From NCBI RefSeq assembly GCF_001194135.2, contig NC_069009.1, forward strand, positions 11,553,319 to 11,586,857: DNA of 33,539 bases. Direction: 5' to 3'. The notes below the pieces were generated by a model. That model saw only the letters and a program-made list of their open reading frames with translations, did no database searches and was not told where the DNA came from. The stretch comes from Octopus bimaculoides (taxonomy: Eukaryota). A program made the position numbers and the translations under genes. Below are positions 32,240 through 33,539 of the stretch, piece after piece. How positions within the stretch are numbered: the stretch's first letter is position 1; every line of letters begins with the position of its first letter.

Positions 32240-33353
32240 GGAGAAGCAAAGATTAAGAAGCAAAGAGGCAACGCGTTGCTGATTTGCTCCACGTAGGAAA
32301 TAGCATCAAGCGAATTTCCAAGTTGTTTAATGCGTCATTAAGCACAGTTTACAACGTCAAGAATCGTTTGGATAACATCAGAGGAATTCAGACGAAACGA
32401 GGCACTGGAGGAACCAATAATAAGCAAGATCCAGCGTTCCTGACTGCCCTCAAATCTAAAATTTTGAAAGATCCAACCACATCCAATGGGAAAGCTGGCA
32501 ACTGATATAAAATTTGCTGCCAAGAAATGCTGTTCACTGTGATTTAGGGCTGCAATCCTCTGCATAAACTCCACCCGACCTATTCAATAAATGTCAGGAG
32601 GCTTGAAAAGGTAACAAAAAAAAGGGTTGCTCTTCCTCAAGAGGTCTGGATCCAATTTTTAAAATATTTTGTGACGGAAAAATCCTCACTGTGGAAACTG
32701 TTGTGAACAGACGAAATGATTAATTTATTACTGAATCACCATCTCAAGTCAAGGGTGTCTTCAGAGCAAAGTATCCTGCTCAGGTGATTGTTTTGGGAAT
32801 TGTGGCATCAGATGGCAAAAAATGCCCCTGCATCTTTTCAAATCTGGTGAGAGAATTGCTGCTGATGTATATAACAAAGTGTTATGCTATCATGTCTTGT
32901 CTTGGTTTGAGGCTAATTACTCTGAAGGTAATTATGTGTGGGGTCAGGATGGAGCGTCTGCTCATATAGCGAAGAAAGTGCAAAAGTTTTGCAAAGACAG
33001 TCTTGCTGAGTCATGGCCTTCTGATTTCTGCGCCTCCTCCAGCCCAGATCTGAATGCACTTGACTATTCTATTTGGGGCTCCTTGATGTTCATCCTAGCA
33101 CAGAACACCTTAAGCAAGTTTTGAAGGAAGAATGGGCCAAATTGTCTCCACATTTTCTTATAAAGAGCTGTGGAGCTTTCAGACGCCGTATCCAATTGAT
33201 GACAGAAAGTAGTGGTGGACACATTGTGTAGAATCTCTGTTACGGACAGTAATAGTTTGTGTATAAATAATTTTGCTATACGTCGACTTTTCCATTTACA
33301 ATAAAACATTTTCAAATTCCGTTTGGCTTCCCCCAAGTTTTGCTTCTCTACCC

Positions 33354-33355
<2 letters not shown>
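32240..33355 (+). mobile_element. Decayed maT-family (DD37D) Tc1/mariner element with right TIR
   Basis: EAKRQRVADLL..SLSTVYNV (HTH); QDGA..SSPDLNALDY with 37 residues between the last two aspartates; right end reads CAGGGTAGAG on the minus strand; left TIR not found. Confidence 0.85.
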
Positions 33356-33398
<43 letters not shown>

Positions 33399-33400
<2 letters not shown>

Positions 33401-33539
33401 TGGTTGTCTACTCCTTAAACAGAGTTTGACCACCTCCTGCACCTACACCTTAGCCCTTTCATGGCGTCTGATGTGGCTTTTTAAACCAGACAGTGTTTTG
33501 AAAAAACACCCACACAGATTGCACCTCTGATTTGCACTA
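33399..33539 (-). mobile_element. RTE-clade LINE 3' end running off the window
   Basis: FKTLSGLKSHIRRHE (zinc-finger-like end) and tail GGAGTAGACAACCACCA resembling the other RTE tails. Confidence 0.65.

Overview
AT-rich, repeat-dense animal genomic DNA with 8 N-gaps (3456-3500, 8646-8701, 10772-10946, 12405-12621, 16145-16154, 22151-22245, 26304-26813, 30861-30973). The SINE families and microsatellite style suggest an octopus scaffold (inference). No prokaryotic features, CRISPR or intact long CDS. Most of the window is decayed non-LTR retroelements (Tx1/L1, RTE, CR1-like, R4/Dong), DNA transposons (mariner, Tc1, maT DD37D, hAT, Chapaev-like, MITEs), tRNA-derived SINEs and microsatellites; nearly all ORFs in the supplied track are repeat artefacts. 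Highlights: (1) a cluster of minimal type I hammerhead ribozyme motifs from three unrelated repeat families at 18016-19067, including a ~352-bp retrozyme-like unit folded into a ~750-bp palindrome with a hammerhead on each strand, plus two more copies of one family elsewhere; (2) a canonical minus-strand Pol II promoter (TATA at -31, Inr, CCAAT, two GTCACGTGAT E-boxes) with a uORF-containing leader; (3) two candidate plus-strand exons, one resembling the lead-in to an ankyrin repeat; (4) local templated-duplication signatures.
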